This document shows, in pieces, positions 25,821 to 38,459 of a DNA stretch of 64,000 nt; the first letter of the stretch is position 1; each line of letters opens with the position of its first letter. The DNA comes from Nymphaea colorata (Eukaryota), in contig NC_045138.2 in NCBI RefSeq assembly GCF_008831285.2, positions 18,786,001-18,850,000 on the forward strand, written 5' to 3'. Position numbers and translations under genes: made by a program. The notes below the pieces were generated by a model. That model worked only from the letters and a program-made list of their open reading frames with translations, was not told where the DNA came from and did no database searches.

Positions 25821-28757
25821 CTGCAGCGAACACAGCCAAGTAATCCAAGTGTAATTTTAAAAAAAAAATTGCAAGCAATAACTTGTTTAGCTGTTGACCC
25901 ACGGGTCAAAGCACAAAATTACACGTCCTCTTCTCTTCTTCCTTCTTCCCACGGGTCAAAGCATGCGGTCGAAGAGCTCAGATTTTTTTTTTTGTTGAAT
26001 TTTTCTCTATTTTGTTTAATTGTTTAATTAAAAAAATTAAATTTACGATATGCTATGCTACATTTACAATACGTTACCCGATCAATACACTAAAGGTATC
26101 TACCTAAAAGCTTATGATATTGCTAGACATTATAGGCAAAGAAGCCACATATTTACATAATTTTTCCAACTCAATGACATCATGAAGTACCACAAAGAAT
26201 TCTACATAGTTGTAATCATATTATAATTCTTTAACACCCATGGGCCATATTAGGGTAGTGGTTCAGCTGTTCTTTGGTTTGCCTTCAGATTGCTTCTTTC
26301 ATGGCATTTTTTCCTATAATTAAACTTCTGATATCATATATTACATATTTTTTTTCCTGTGCTTGATTGTATTACCAAATGTATAGTGCACAGCCCTTGA
26401 AGTTGCATTCGGTTCTCCTAAATGGTTTCTCCTACTGAAGTTTGTGGAAACTGAAATAGCTTTAGACAAGTTATTGAAAATGGATAAAAAAAAGTCGGGT
26501 TGGATTTAGCGTCCCTATTTCAATTAAGCTGGACACTTTTACAGGAAAAGTTTTAGTTTCACATGAAGTAAATTGATTACTCTGCATAATGAATAGAAGA
26601 TTGGCCCAAATTTCTGGACCTCATATGTAAGCCAAATCATGGAACTCTTGCTAAAACGATCAACAATTCGTTCCTACTTAATTTCCACCACTTAGAGTAC
26701 AACCATGTAAGTACTGGAAAAACATTCACGAACTCAGTTTTATCCCTCCAGGTCACTGGTCTATAATGTTCACAACAAATAGTCAAGGTTGTTTTGCTTG
26801 AATGCATCATTAGCTGCTTGATCTCATTAACATTTGTGTTGAGAATGTTTCTTGTTCCACAGATCCATTTTGACAATAAAATTTTCGGGGCTCAAACTTT
26901 GAGAAAATCTAAAGAGTCAGTCGAAATTCCTTTTATGGACGATGCTTACTTGAAGCTAGCATGCCATTATCCTGAGAAGGCCCTTCATTAACTTCAGGTC
27001 CATCAAACAAGTCAACTCGCTTATCTCAAGGGAGCTTGAGTACCTATTCATTGTTCAGAGCAAAAAGTTGGCCTTACAGTTTGGAATTATCATAAACGAA
27101 GCAAGGGAAGATTTATATTTGAAATAATACTGCAACCAACTAATATAAGCATGGACACAACAAGAGATCGGGCATTTATGTTTTTTTCTTGGCTAAAGTA
27201 TATCAGGTCAGTCTATCAACACAACTAAAATTGGCACAACTATATTTTGGGGTGTAATAATTTTACAATTAAAATTTTGCTCTAAGATGATTACAGTAAA
27301 GTAACCATATACTTCTTGTCTGTCTAAGCATGCAAAAGTTTTGTTTGATCGCATAAATATAGAAAATTTAATAACAAGTTTCAGATACACAAATAGCATA
27401 TTGGTCTCACTGCATGAAAACAAGGATGGCTGATAACCATGAAGTATTCTTGTGCAACATTGTTAGAGACTCAGGTATGTCAATACATAACAAAGTATCC
27501 ATTTCAATTTTGAGAACTAAACGCAAAATGAAGGCCTATTGAATAATTAATTTATAGTAATTCAGGTAATCTAAATAATAAATTCGTTAAATTTGTTAAA
27601 TGTATACAAGGCCTTCCTAAGTGCCCTGATCAAAGATCAGATGCTGAGCCCACGGCTGAGTACTAATGGAGTTATATTCTCTCACAGGGTGACGCAACCC
27701 ATACAAAAAATTTTCAAGGTAAATAAATATTTGTCATTTTTTAGCTCTGTTCCTAAATGTCATACAGGTATAACAATCTTATAATTTCATCATCACATTG
27801 ATCAAATGCAATACGAGACCATCCTGGGTGTCAAATTATTCTAGAAAAACAGCACAGACAATACACATTTCTTCTTTTATTTTTTGTCCTGCAAGTATGA
27901 CACATGCTTTTCATTGAGTTTTTATTTATTTTACCATTGTCAGATTTCGTTAATTTTTACAGTTGTCAGATGGAGGTTGACAAGATGAAAAAGTGGTCAC
28001 ATTCCCTTCTTCAATCAAATATGAAGACAGCAGGTTGACAAGAGACCCATCATCTGACCAGATGCAATCAGCAATGTAATTTAAGTTGACAAATTATCAT
28101 GGGTTTCTGAAGCACATGGGTGTCCATCCCCTTTGTTGCAATGCCAAACCTGGGTGTACCTCGAGGCAAGGAACTAGGTTCTACACCAACAAGCAAGGCA
28201 AGCTGACATACGTGTGTATGTACTGCTGAAACAGCCAGATTGATCTAAGGAAAATGTGATCACTTATTTGTTCGTATTTTTTTCCTAATACATGTAATTC
28301 TGGCTTCATGCACGTCTGTGTACTTGCTGCTTGGAAATTGTTATCATCATGCTGTCGCAAGACATTATTGGGAAAAAAGCAAACTAACGTGTCCAAATAA
28401 TAAACAATTGTTTAACTAACTAATGACTTCAAATGATCTGGTAGCACCTTGACACTAACAAGATAATTCCACTAGCACTTGAACTGGCTATCATTTACCT
28501 GATTCAGATGCAAGCAAACATATTAACATAAATCATTTGTTTATGCTTGACCAAGCCCATGTATTTTCCATAAGCTACCGAAAAATCATATATTGTCTAG
28601 TAGTTCATTAGATAATTTGATTATCTGCACATTAAGCTAATTTTTGTGTCATTGAATATGGAATCCTAAGTATTTCAACTTTTGCTTTAAAAGATGCAAG
28701 CTAAAAATATTACAGAAAAGAGAACATAAATGCATCAGGAACTAAATTAGCACATAC

Positions 28758-31143
28758 TTCTTCCGTAATGCAACATAGGAATTCAGTTCTTTAATCTGCA
28801 AAATAATAGACAAAGAAATTGGTTAAACATTAGAAAGTTAGGAAGCCAGTGCATAACCGCTATGTTTTGTTTTAAAACAATGTACTGTATAAATTATAAA
28901 TTGCTATACAGTTCTTAAGAAGTAGATTATCACCATTGACTGTTTTTTCTCACTAAGCATCTTGTTAGTTTCAAAATCATAACTGGCCTCCTCTTCCTTG
29001 ATTCCTTGATCAAACTCCTTAATAAGCCTGGAGCAAAGTAGTGAAACGAGGAACAAAATTTACCAATGCCTTCAAATAACAAACATGGTCCTTCTAACAA
29101 TATTGAGGACCAGAAGACCAATGGAAAACTCAAGCAGAAAGAAACTAAAGCATTTGTTAACATCAAAGGACCATAATTCCACGCTTGCAAAAGCAATGAA
29201 ATTGTGCTAAGTGCTAAAGGTGTAAGCAGAAAAGTCGACATGCCTAATTGAAAATAGCAGCTACGTGCGAAAGTTCCATATTTGTGCATTCAAAATCAAT
29301 CAAACTATGTCAATTTTACTTGCATAAAGAACCATCAACATAGACATATGTGCAAGAAACAAGCAATGCCTTTGTATAACAACCCAGTGGAAAGTGACGC
29401 TAAAGTGAAAGATGTTATCAATTATCAAACTTTTTGACCTAGCAATTATTTTGAAGCATTGTCACAAGTATTCTTCTCAAGCACCGTTAGTGAGGCTTTT
29501 CTTGGGTATTAAAATAAATTTGTTTTATTCAGGGAGAAAAAATAACAAAAATTATAAAATTATGAATTGTGCACTGACTTCTTAAAAAGCATGATAAAAT
29601 TCAGAACTGTTAAGAGTTTAGCATGGCGTAGAAAACATTTTTTTTACTTGTGCACAATCATTTGATATTTTCACGTGTTTAATTTTCTAATATGTTCAAA
29701 TTGTCGGAATTTTTTCACCTTTTTTTTTTATTTTCAACGAGATATTAAAGAAAGTAATATTCAGGCAATGTTTTGAAGCACCAAGAAATTCCAACTATGA
29801 GAAGTTATAATAATGTCATTAACAATTAAGAATGACACCTACATTCAACATGAAGCTGATAAAGGCAACATACCTTTTACATTCACGCATCTTTCCAGTA
29901 AGTTCTTCTAACTGTCTGCTCTGCCTGTTTGCTCTTTGATCTTTTCAAGTTTCTGAAACCCGTTGCCTACAAAAGAAGACATTGTTGACATTTTAAAGTA
30001 TAATAATGACGGTATTCTGAAAAACTTTTCAGGAGAAATGAATTGACAAACTTCCCAATGTTCAAAGCTCTAAATCAACATTCATTTTACTTTCCATTAT
30101 TGTTTGAACACCCTCTACCTAAAGACAAGCTTCCACTCAGTCCGCATGGTCTAGCACTAGGATTTCAGTGTCCATGACCGACAATGTATTTCCAATCTCA
30201 CACTACAATGGCATCACATCAGTGGCACATATTTAGCAACCAATTTAAGTGCTCAACATAGAGGCAAAACAAATGCATTAACTTGTGTGACAAAATCCTT
30301 TGCAATTGTTGGCATACTTCAAAAAGAAAGTAAGGGTTCTTACTCACAAGGCATGAAGCGAGTCGGTGAAGAAACATGGAAAATACTTGTAACGGAGTGA
30401 CAGAAAAGAGCACGCCAGTGAAGAAACAGTTTGGAGAAGTAAATAAGAAAATTAACGGTACATGTTTGGAAGTGATGGAGAGGTGAAAGAAAGTTAATGA
30501 TACATCCCCTTGGGCTGTCTTGAAAAAGCACCATCTAAATCTACCAGATAAACTTCCAGTGGACTACGTAACCTGCAGATAATATATCTGAAAAAAATAG
30601 TAAGCTCCGCAAAAGCCGGTGAACAATTCGTTATACTCTTTTAAGTACTTTCCGTAAGCGATCTACGTATTCTTCATTAGTCAAACACCAGAACTAAGAA
30701 TTGCTTTCCCTTCAGCAAGTAAAGGCACGAACATGACAAAGCTGTACCGCTGTAACTCAAAATCTCTGAAGCGCATTCCCAAAAGTTCAACCTTCCGAAT
30801 CACAACCAAACTCAACGAAAACATTTCACTTGTCAAATTCCTAAAAACTCTATGTTGTTGGCATCCAACGTCCATACCCTCTACACATTCACAGCAATAC
30901 ACATGCTAAAGCGAAATGCATATGCAATCTCCAAACAGGTAGAACCAGAATCCAATCTTGCTCCTCAGATCAACACCAACATCAGTACCAGGAAACCATT
31001 GTTCAAAAGAAAAAAATGACAATGTAAGTCAAAAAACGCGGATGCACTCCGCAACGCTTACGATAATGCTCGGAAGATGTCGGCGATCTGCCCATCGAGC
31101 TCGGCGAGAGTGCCGCTGACTCCCGACAACGAGTCAAGTCCAT
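28758..31143 (-). pseudogene. Novel Plant SNARE (NPSN11-like, Qb-SNARE) pseudogene, 5' exons only recognised
   Basis: GT-AG exons 31143-31062 (..LAELDGQIADIFRALS), 29966-29874 (NGFQKLEKIK..RQSRQLEELTGKMRECKR), 29027-28934 (LIKEFDQGIKEEE..NKMLSEKKQSM) and 28795-28758 (IKELNSYVALRK). Frameshifts follow the ATG and occur twice in exon 2. A 5'UTR intron lies at ~31328-31153. Confidence 0.82.
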
Positions 31144-32658
31144 TCGATCGATCTGCGTCAAATACCAAAAACCCCAGAAACCATTACAAACAGAACCCCA
31201 AAAATGGGCCTCCAAACCCATGAAAAGAATAGCTCAAGCTACAGTAAAAATCATCTCCGCCAAATGCAAATTCAGCAACTACAGAAGGCTTGAAAAGAGG
31301 AGAGGAAGAAGAACTCATAAGAGGTTACCAGGAAATGGAGATCGACGAGCGGTAGGAACGCGCAGAGCGGATCGGACTGTTTTGCTGGGCAACAATGGCA
31401 AGGAAGAGATGGAAAGGAAGGAGGGAAGGTGACGACTGGTGAGGTGGCGGGCCTCTTCTTGCCCCGTCTTCGTTTTTTCTTTGCTTCTCCTGTTTTTAGA
31501 AAATCACAAGTAAGCGCTACGACTAAGGGGACCCTCCTCCTCTTACCAAGTTCACTATTCGAATCCGGAAATATCGGAAATGTGTTGATTTCCATAGGCA
31601 TTTTGTAAATATCGTGTCATGCCATAGGCGGTAAATGACGGAAATGTGCTGATTTCCATGTCATGTTGCTAACATGAGAAGAGGTGTTTCCATGTTTTAA
31701 ATAAGGGCGTTTATGTAATTAATGTATTTTCATCTAAAGGAAGCTCAAGGCAAAGATGCAAAAGCACATCAATTATTGATTGAAATTTAAACAATAAGCG
31801 CATTTCACCTAAAATGGTTACGAGACAATAACATGTGAATAGGTCCTTCTTGTGGGACCGTGTGGGCAATTGCCCACGCACGCCCATGTGTTTGACCAAT
31901 ATTACAATTTGTTTACAAAAATTAAAAAACGTGAACCCATATGGGATTTATTCAAGTTTATAAATTATTTTGATAATGTTATAAACTGATTAAAAAAAAG
32001 TTAAAAACGCAGTCCGATGGTCCAGTCGATGACTCAGTCAAACGTGGAAGGACCTGAAAGTCCACGCATTTCCGGATGGATATGATCTAACGGGTTGGTC
32101 CGATTTGATCCAAAAGCACCGGACAAAGGCTTAAAATTTTGATAAGTGAAAAGAGAATAAAAGGGAAATCAGATCTAAGTAGGTTTCAATTATCTTGTTT
32201 TTTGGTTGGATTACCATTTTCTTAGAAATGAGGATAGTTTTTGGAGTTTCAGATTCAAAAACAGATATTTTCTCATATGTTTGACATCTGCAATGTATTG
32301 CCCACTCCATGGAGCTATAATTTTTTCATGAGGAAGACCGAATTATAATTTTAAAATATTGATGAGAGCTGACATAGCATATTTCAAAGCTTTTATATAA
32401 ACCAAGTAAAAATTTACATGTAAGTTTAAAAAACAAATCAAAAGTCTGTAAATTTTGTCCTTTAAGCAGCATTTGATAGTCTTGGATCTGAAATTAATGA
32501 TGGTAATTCAAGATTTGTGCATATTTCATCAGAACCATTTTGCGATTCATAATGGTTTATATGTTTGTTGAACGAGCCATGATGTACAGTACATTTTGGT
32601 TAGTATCATAACATGCTGTTTGCTTTTCTTGAAAGCAAAGGTAAAATGGTGAGACTGA

Positions 32659-32755
32659 TACCGCGATGGTTCTATTATCGTCAAATTCAGATGCAACTCG
32701 TTTCACACGTTTTTGGCTACCGCGATGGATCTATTATCGTCAAATTCAGATTCAA
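32659..32755. repeat. 38-bp direct repeat, period 59
   Basis: taccgcgatgg(t/a)tctattatcgtcaaattcagat(g/t)caa at 32659 and 32718. Confidence 0.8.
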
Positions 32756-34646
32756 TGTACCATTTACTATATCCAATTTATCAGATACTCGGATTTATAA
32801 CAAATTTGTATTGCATTAAAAATTATTGTATTATGTTTGAAACGGATTTTTAGATTCTTAATGCAAAACAGACTTTTAAATTCACAGTTGAACCCAAACT
32901 ATGTCAAGAACCAACATTTAAAATGAACAGACTTATCTGGCCATGTTAATGATTCTTATCTAACCAATATGTCTACTTAAAGCCAAGTTCAAATACGAAT
33001 TTAATTGGGTGCCATTTTTTAAAATTCTGCTCAACTAGTAGTACAAGGCTTGTAGAAATAATTCAAATCCAACTATGCGCAGCCATCTTTAAATACATAT
33101 TATATAGGGGGACAAAGAGCCAGGAGCACTGAGCAATCAACTGTGAATAAAGTTTGAAAGTGGTGTGGGCTTGAAACTGATAAGATCATTTTTATTAGGA
33201 GCGCAGAGACTTAAGAAGTAAAGTTTACTTTACCAGGTGATAATGTATTTGACTAAATTATTAGCACTGAAAGTTGGCACTTGATTATACCTTGATTGTT
33301 TCAGAACACGTTTGGTTGAGCAGGCGGTGCTCTCATCGTGTGTACCATGTGTATGTTGATTAGGAAATATGAACAATTGATTGAATATTACGACCAATAA
33401 TTATGTTCACAATCATCATAATAATTAATCATGGAATGAAGTATTATGGAATTGATGAGCTTGGCTTAGAAGTTGCATTATATGTGGGGCTAGTGGTACA
33501 AGTTCTAAATGTGATATAATATGCGACAGAAAATATGTATTTATTGGTTGATATAATATCATTAAATCTTGTTGAAACGCACACAAACATCCTAAGGGGT
33601 TAATGAAATTAATAGTTATTGTCTGTATTTTAACATTTTTTTTTTGTTATTTGGAGGACATCATAAAAAGATGGGTAAGTGAGGGAAAGGGACTTGTTCA
33701 TCGGGTGACCGTTCCCAATGCTTTTATTCGGGGTAATTAGATCAAAATCAACCTCTTTGCTGTTGCACATTCCAATTTCTTTAAGTATTATCCCGAGATC
33801 TTATATGAATGTGTATTAAAGTTAAACAAATTCTTTAAAAGATTGAGAGAGATTTTGAAAAAGAAAAAATTAAATATGATTGGTCTAAAATATAGTGTAC
33901 TCAGGTAGAACTATACATTTGTATACCCCGAACAACAGTGACCTTAGAATTATAGAAATTTGAAATAATTTAGAAAATAAATCATTTCAAGAGAGGTACT
34001 TCAAAATCATTTGAGCTCTTCCAATATTGTCATTACAACTCAGATGTGAAAGATATTTGAAGATAGTTTTAAAATGCAAAGTTTTCAACTTATTTTGCAA
34101 AGTATGACTTAGAGTTGTCATGCATTATCAAGACAGGATTTTCAAATTTTTGTTTGAAAAAAAAAAAAAGATCTTAAATTTGTTTACCATAGTTTGTATT
34201 TATCATAAGACAAAAAAAAGGGGCTTTACAATATTGTGAAACTTTGAAAAGAACTTGATTTTGAAAAGAATCAAGAATCTAGAATAAAGAAGAGAACACC
34301 AAGATTTCTGAAAGTGTTTAATGAAACCTAAGACTTGACCATATTTCAGTTTCCACTTAGATAGAGTTTAATCCTAACGGCTTTAATTATTTAATGGAAG
34401 GTGCACCCATCATTCCATTAGCGTTTTGTTAAGTGATGGTGTGTGCATACTCATGCATATCTATATGAAATGGGTAAAATATTAAAAAACAATCATATGA
34501 ATGATTGAAGTAAAACTCTCATCGGGTTTGTTTAAATGTTTAGGTATACCATAAGAAGGTTAGAAAGAAATCGATAACTGAAATGGGTTTAAGTCATTTT
34601 AAAAACTAAAAATGACATGCTCATGTGGACATGTACATATTTGTGT

Positions 34647-35089
34647 AGGGCACAAGCAATGAAAATCCGGGGAGACTTATTCTGTTTCCTTGGTGTTGAA
34701 GTAAAACACTTGTAAGGTCAGACATTTCATTTGCAGTAAATAAGCTTATCAGCACTCATGGGCAATTCGAGTGAGGAGCACTGGGTAATGGTAAAGTGTA
34801 ATCAGCACATAACTTGGCAGGCCACTTCAATATGCAACTTTTGGTTTTCATCCCATATGGATCAATGGAGTCATGAGTCATGACAAGTGTTTCCACTGCT
34901 TCATGCGCCTTAATAATTGATGAGAGAGAATAAAAATACTTCGCAGGCGAGCGGGTTTCACGTCAAGGAAGGCCCTTGTCCCCTTGTTTGTTTCTCCTTG
35001 TTACAGAAATGTTTTATAAAAGGATTCAATTATACAGTCATGAATCATAGTATTAAAGCTCCAATATTGAAAAGAGGTGTGCCAGGATT
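34647..35089. repeat. Left arm of a near-perfect ~440-bp inverted duplication
   Basis: Reverse complement of 36649-36941 plus 37430-37585; about 5 mismatches by eye. Confidence 0.9.
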
Positions 35090-35350
35090 GCGTCTCCTAT
35101 GTATGCAGATGACGTGTTTTGTTTTTACCAATTTATTTTGTCTGAATTTTAAACAAGTTCCTGTAAATTGGTCAACTCAGAAGCCTCTCGATTCTTCCCG
35201 TTTAAGATGAATAACCAGTTCAGCGAAGAGAGGTCTCTTGACTGGCGGAAAGGAGAATTTCCTACGCTGGGTGGCTCTGCCTTATTAACACAGTCCTTCC
35301 AATACTACCTCTTTACTGGATTACGGCACTTGAATGCCAGGATCCTGTGA
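34950..35350 (+). mobile_element. Degenerate LINE (L1-like) reverse transcriptase fragment
   Basis: With frameshifts it reads RQGRPLSPCLFLLVTE, then YADDV (35102-35116), then GG..CLINTVLPILPLYW. These match plant non-LTR RT motifs (RQGDPLSP, [YF]ADD, GGRLxLIxSVL). Confidence 0.65.
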
Positions 35351-35724
35351 ACAAAAGGATGGAGAATTTCTCTTATATTCTCCATATTGCCAATTTTATA
35401 GAAAAGTGAAAGAACAGAAAACTTGACATCTATGCAAAGTAAATTTAACTTTCACAAAATAGGTGTCCTGCCAGGTCGACATGGCGGCAAAATCTGTTCC
35501 TTTGTAAAGCGATTCTGGAAGGACTATTTTGTAAAGGCCGCACAGAGTGTCAATAATACATATATAACGAGATGGTATGCATGTTATTTCGCACGTATAC
35601 AAATATCTCTGGCCATTCTCTTCCTCTGTGAGCGGAGCGAAGCCACTAGGAGTGGCATTTCTTGGTCTCGTGTGAGTCTTCCCTCATTTGTTCCCTAGTC
35701 CTCTGTCCCTCCATATCTGAGATA

Positions 35725-36501
35725 ATGAGGCGACAGGAAGAAGAAACAACAATCAATATCAAAGAAGATAACGCATCCACCAGCTGCTGGGCGAAAGACA
35801 TCACAAAAGACTACAAAGAATATGCTGCTTCAGGGTCTCTTTCTGTTGCTGGTGGTGGCAGGTCTCTTAAGTGCATCTTCAAATGGCCGCTTGATGTTAA
35901 GAAACTTCTGGGGGATGACATCTGCCGTGAACCTCAAATTGTAGCCATTGGGCCTTACCACCACGGCCGACCGCACCTGCAGCCTACGGAGCGGCACAAG
36001 AAGAACGCGCTCTTCAGGATTCTCCGGTTGTCCGGCGGACTTCCGGTGTCCATCTTTGTGGAACCCCTGAAACAAGTGGAGCAGGAGCTCCGTGAGCACT
36101 ACGACGAGCTGGACCCAAGCTGGTCGTCCGATTCTTTCATACAGATGTTGCTTCTCGACGGCTGTTTCTTGCTCGACCTTCTTCTTGCCTTGGACAAACG
36201 CCTGGACGCGCCCTTGGCGGAGTCCATCCGCCTGCAGCTGCTCAACACCTGTGGCTATAACGTACTCATTCGGGACATACATCTGTTAGAGAATCAAATT
36301 CCAGGCCTCGTCTTGGACGTGCTAATTAATGTAGGAGACTGGACAGGATTCAGTAAGCCAGAGAGTGGAAGTAAACCATCCTTCAGGACTCTACATTTTC
36401 TAGACTTGCAGAGGAAAAACTTGCTGGGTAATCCCCCTGCTCCTGTCAAGGAACAGCGTCGTTGTCGCCTCCTCAATCTTCTAGGTACTCAAATGGCTTG
36501 A
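35725..36501 (+). pseudogene. DUF247 copy C: intact exon 1 only (duplicate of A), exon 2 absent
   Basis: 35381-36649 aligns to 16537-17858. Exon 1 (35725-36484) has no indels or stops and 28 aa differences from A over 253 aa. Homology to A breaks inside the intron at 36649. Confidence 0.85.
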
Positions 36502-36648
36502 TGTGCACTTTTCTAGCTATTTAAATCTTGTGCATTAATACTCTTTAACGTAATCCTCTGCATTAATATTTGTAGCATAATATCTCTGTACGTGGAAAAT
36601 CCTCTTCTTTTTCTGAACAGAAATAGGTTCCATGTTTTGCTCATGAAA

Positions 36649-37585
36649 ATCCTGGCACACCTCTTTTCAATATTGGAGCTTTAATACTATGATTCATGAC
36701 TGTATAATTGAATCCTTTTATAAAACATTTCTGTAACAAAGAGAAACAAACAAGGGGACAAGGGCCTTCCTTGACGTGAAACCCGCTCGCCTGCGAAGTA
36801 TTTTTATTCTCTCTCATCAATTATTAAGGCGCATGAAGCAGTGGAAACACTTGTCATGACTCATGACTCCATTGATCCATATGGGATGAAAACCAAAAGT
36901 TGCATATTGAAGTGGCCTGCCAAGTTATGTGCTGATTACACCACCGACTCTGATTCTAAAATTGATCAGGAGAACCATGGCAAGTCTAATTGTGGGTGGA
37001 GCCGTAAGTTCAGATGAAGTTTATATCTATCCTTCATGGGTCCGCGCATGCAAATAGAGGAAAGGTTGCCTTGTAACCTCTGAATGGGCTGCATGAGGAT
37101 CAGATTGTCTACACTTTCCAAATGGTCTTGAATTTGGTGTTTTGGTTAAACAATCAGCCAATTGATTTTCTGATCTACTGAATTGATTCATGGTGAAATT
37201 TCTCTTCATTACATTATCCCGAACAAAATGAAACTCGATCTCTACGTGCTTTGTTCATGCATGAAATACAGGGTTAGCTGCAAAACATAATGCCCCAAAT
37301 TGTCACACGGTGCCTTGGAACGAGGAAATTGTAGCTCTTTGAGCAAATTAGCAACAAACCTGGCTGAGGAATTTCGATGAATAGGACAGCCGACCCTGTC
37401 AGCTCTAGCTATGCACTCAAAAAGATCTCATTACACTTTACCATTACCCAGTGCTCCTCACTCGAATTGCCCATGAGTGCTGATCAGCTTATTTACTGCA
37501 AATGAAATGTCTGACCTTACAAGTGTTTTACTTCAACACCAAGGAAACAGAATAAGTCTCCCCGGTCTTTCATTGCTCGTGCCCT
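36649..37585. repeat. Right arm of the inverted duplication, containing 488 extra bp bounded by ATTACAC direct repeats
   Basis: 36649-36941 and 37430-37585 are the reverse complement of 35089-34647. ATTACAC occurs at 36935-36941 and 37430-37436. Confidence 0.88.
37105..37355 (-). mobile_element. Ty1/copia RNase H fragment (degenerate)
   Basis: Reads LLKELQF..CDNLG..AANPVFHA*TKHVEIEFHFVRD..SENQLADCLTK, matching the copia RNase H motifs CDN, NPVFHARTKH and QLAD.TK. Confidence 0.8.
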
Positions 37586-38100
37586 CCTAAGGCATGTGAT
37601 CGGTCTTGAAGAAAAAATGATGAGGAACTAGTGACCATGTATCGTCTACGTAGACTAGAATGTGTAGACACTCCTCTTTAGTAGGAATGGATGATGATGA
37701 ATATCATCAAATACTTGTTTATTTGTGGTTTGTATTATTTAAGTGAATGGAAATGGCGATATGAGTGAAGTACCAGGATGCCCTGCAGGTTGAATCTGAG
37801 AGCTTCTCGGTCATCTGCAACGCGTCTGTTGTGCCTCAGTATTAATGATGCCAGTTGGGGTATGTAGTGACCTGTATAGAGAATAGAGACACGAGACCTC
37901 TTTAAAAAAAAAAAAAAAAGGCTTTCTGCGGCTGCCTTCCAGATATATTAAACAAAAAAAGGCTTTCTTGTGCAACCATTACATCAATTAATGAGCATAT
38001 GACTAAAAAAGATATGTTTAAAAGAAACGTCAAGTAAAGGAAGAACACCTAGAGAAGATCCAAGGTAACATAATCATACATAAAAGAAACCTAGAAAAGA

Positions 38101-38425
38101 GTGGTACGTGCTTGGGGTGGATTTTTCATTTTATATATGTATCACCTGCTTGTTGAATTCCAAATGTCAATAAGATTTCTTTCTTAAATGAAAGGTTAAT
38201 AAATTATTTTTTCATTATATATTTTTTATTTCCAAGTTCTAATAAGATTGCTTTCCTAAATGAAAAGATTCATAAATTATGTTCTATTCGTACCTTTTCA
38301 TTTCTAATTTTATTAAGATTTCATTCCTAAATGAAAATATTGATAAACTATCTTTTAGCTTTACCTTTATTTACTGTCCTAAAGAGCTTAACTTAGTTGT
38401 TTAAGCTTTTGGTGAGGTCCTTCAT
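38101..38425. repeat. Older inverted repeat pair, arm 1 (partner 44458-44788), with internal ~62-bp tandem units
   Basis: gtgcttggggtggattt..tatatatgtatcacc.gcttgttgaatt...taagatt..ttcctaaatgaaa (x3) matches the reverse complement of 44458-44788. Confidence 0.8.
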
Positions 38426-38459
38426 TTTTAGCCAGCATTATATCTTTGTGATGTATGAG

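Noticed and set aside
34647..37585. Pack-MULE interpretation of the inverted arms around DUF247-C
   Set aside because: No 8-11-bp TSD at the outer ends, and the arm is part of a LINE RT remnant that continues past its inner boundary.
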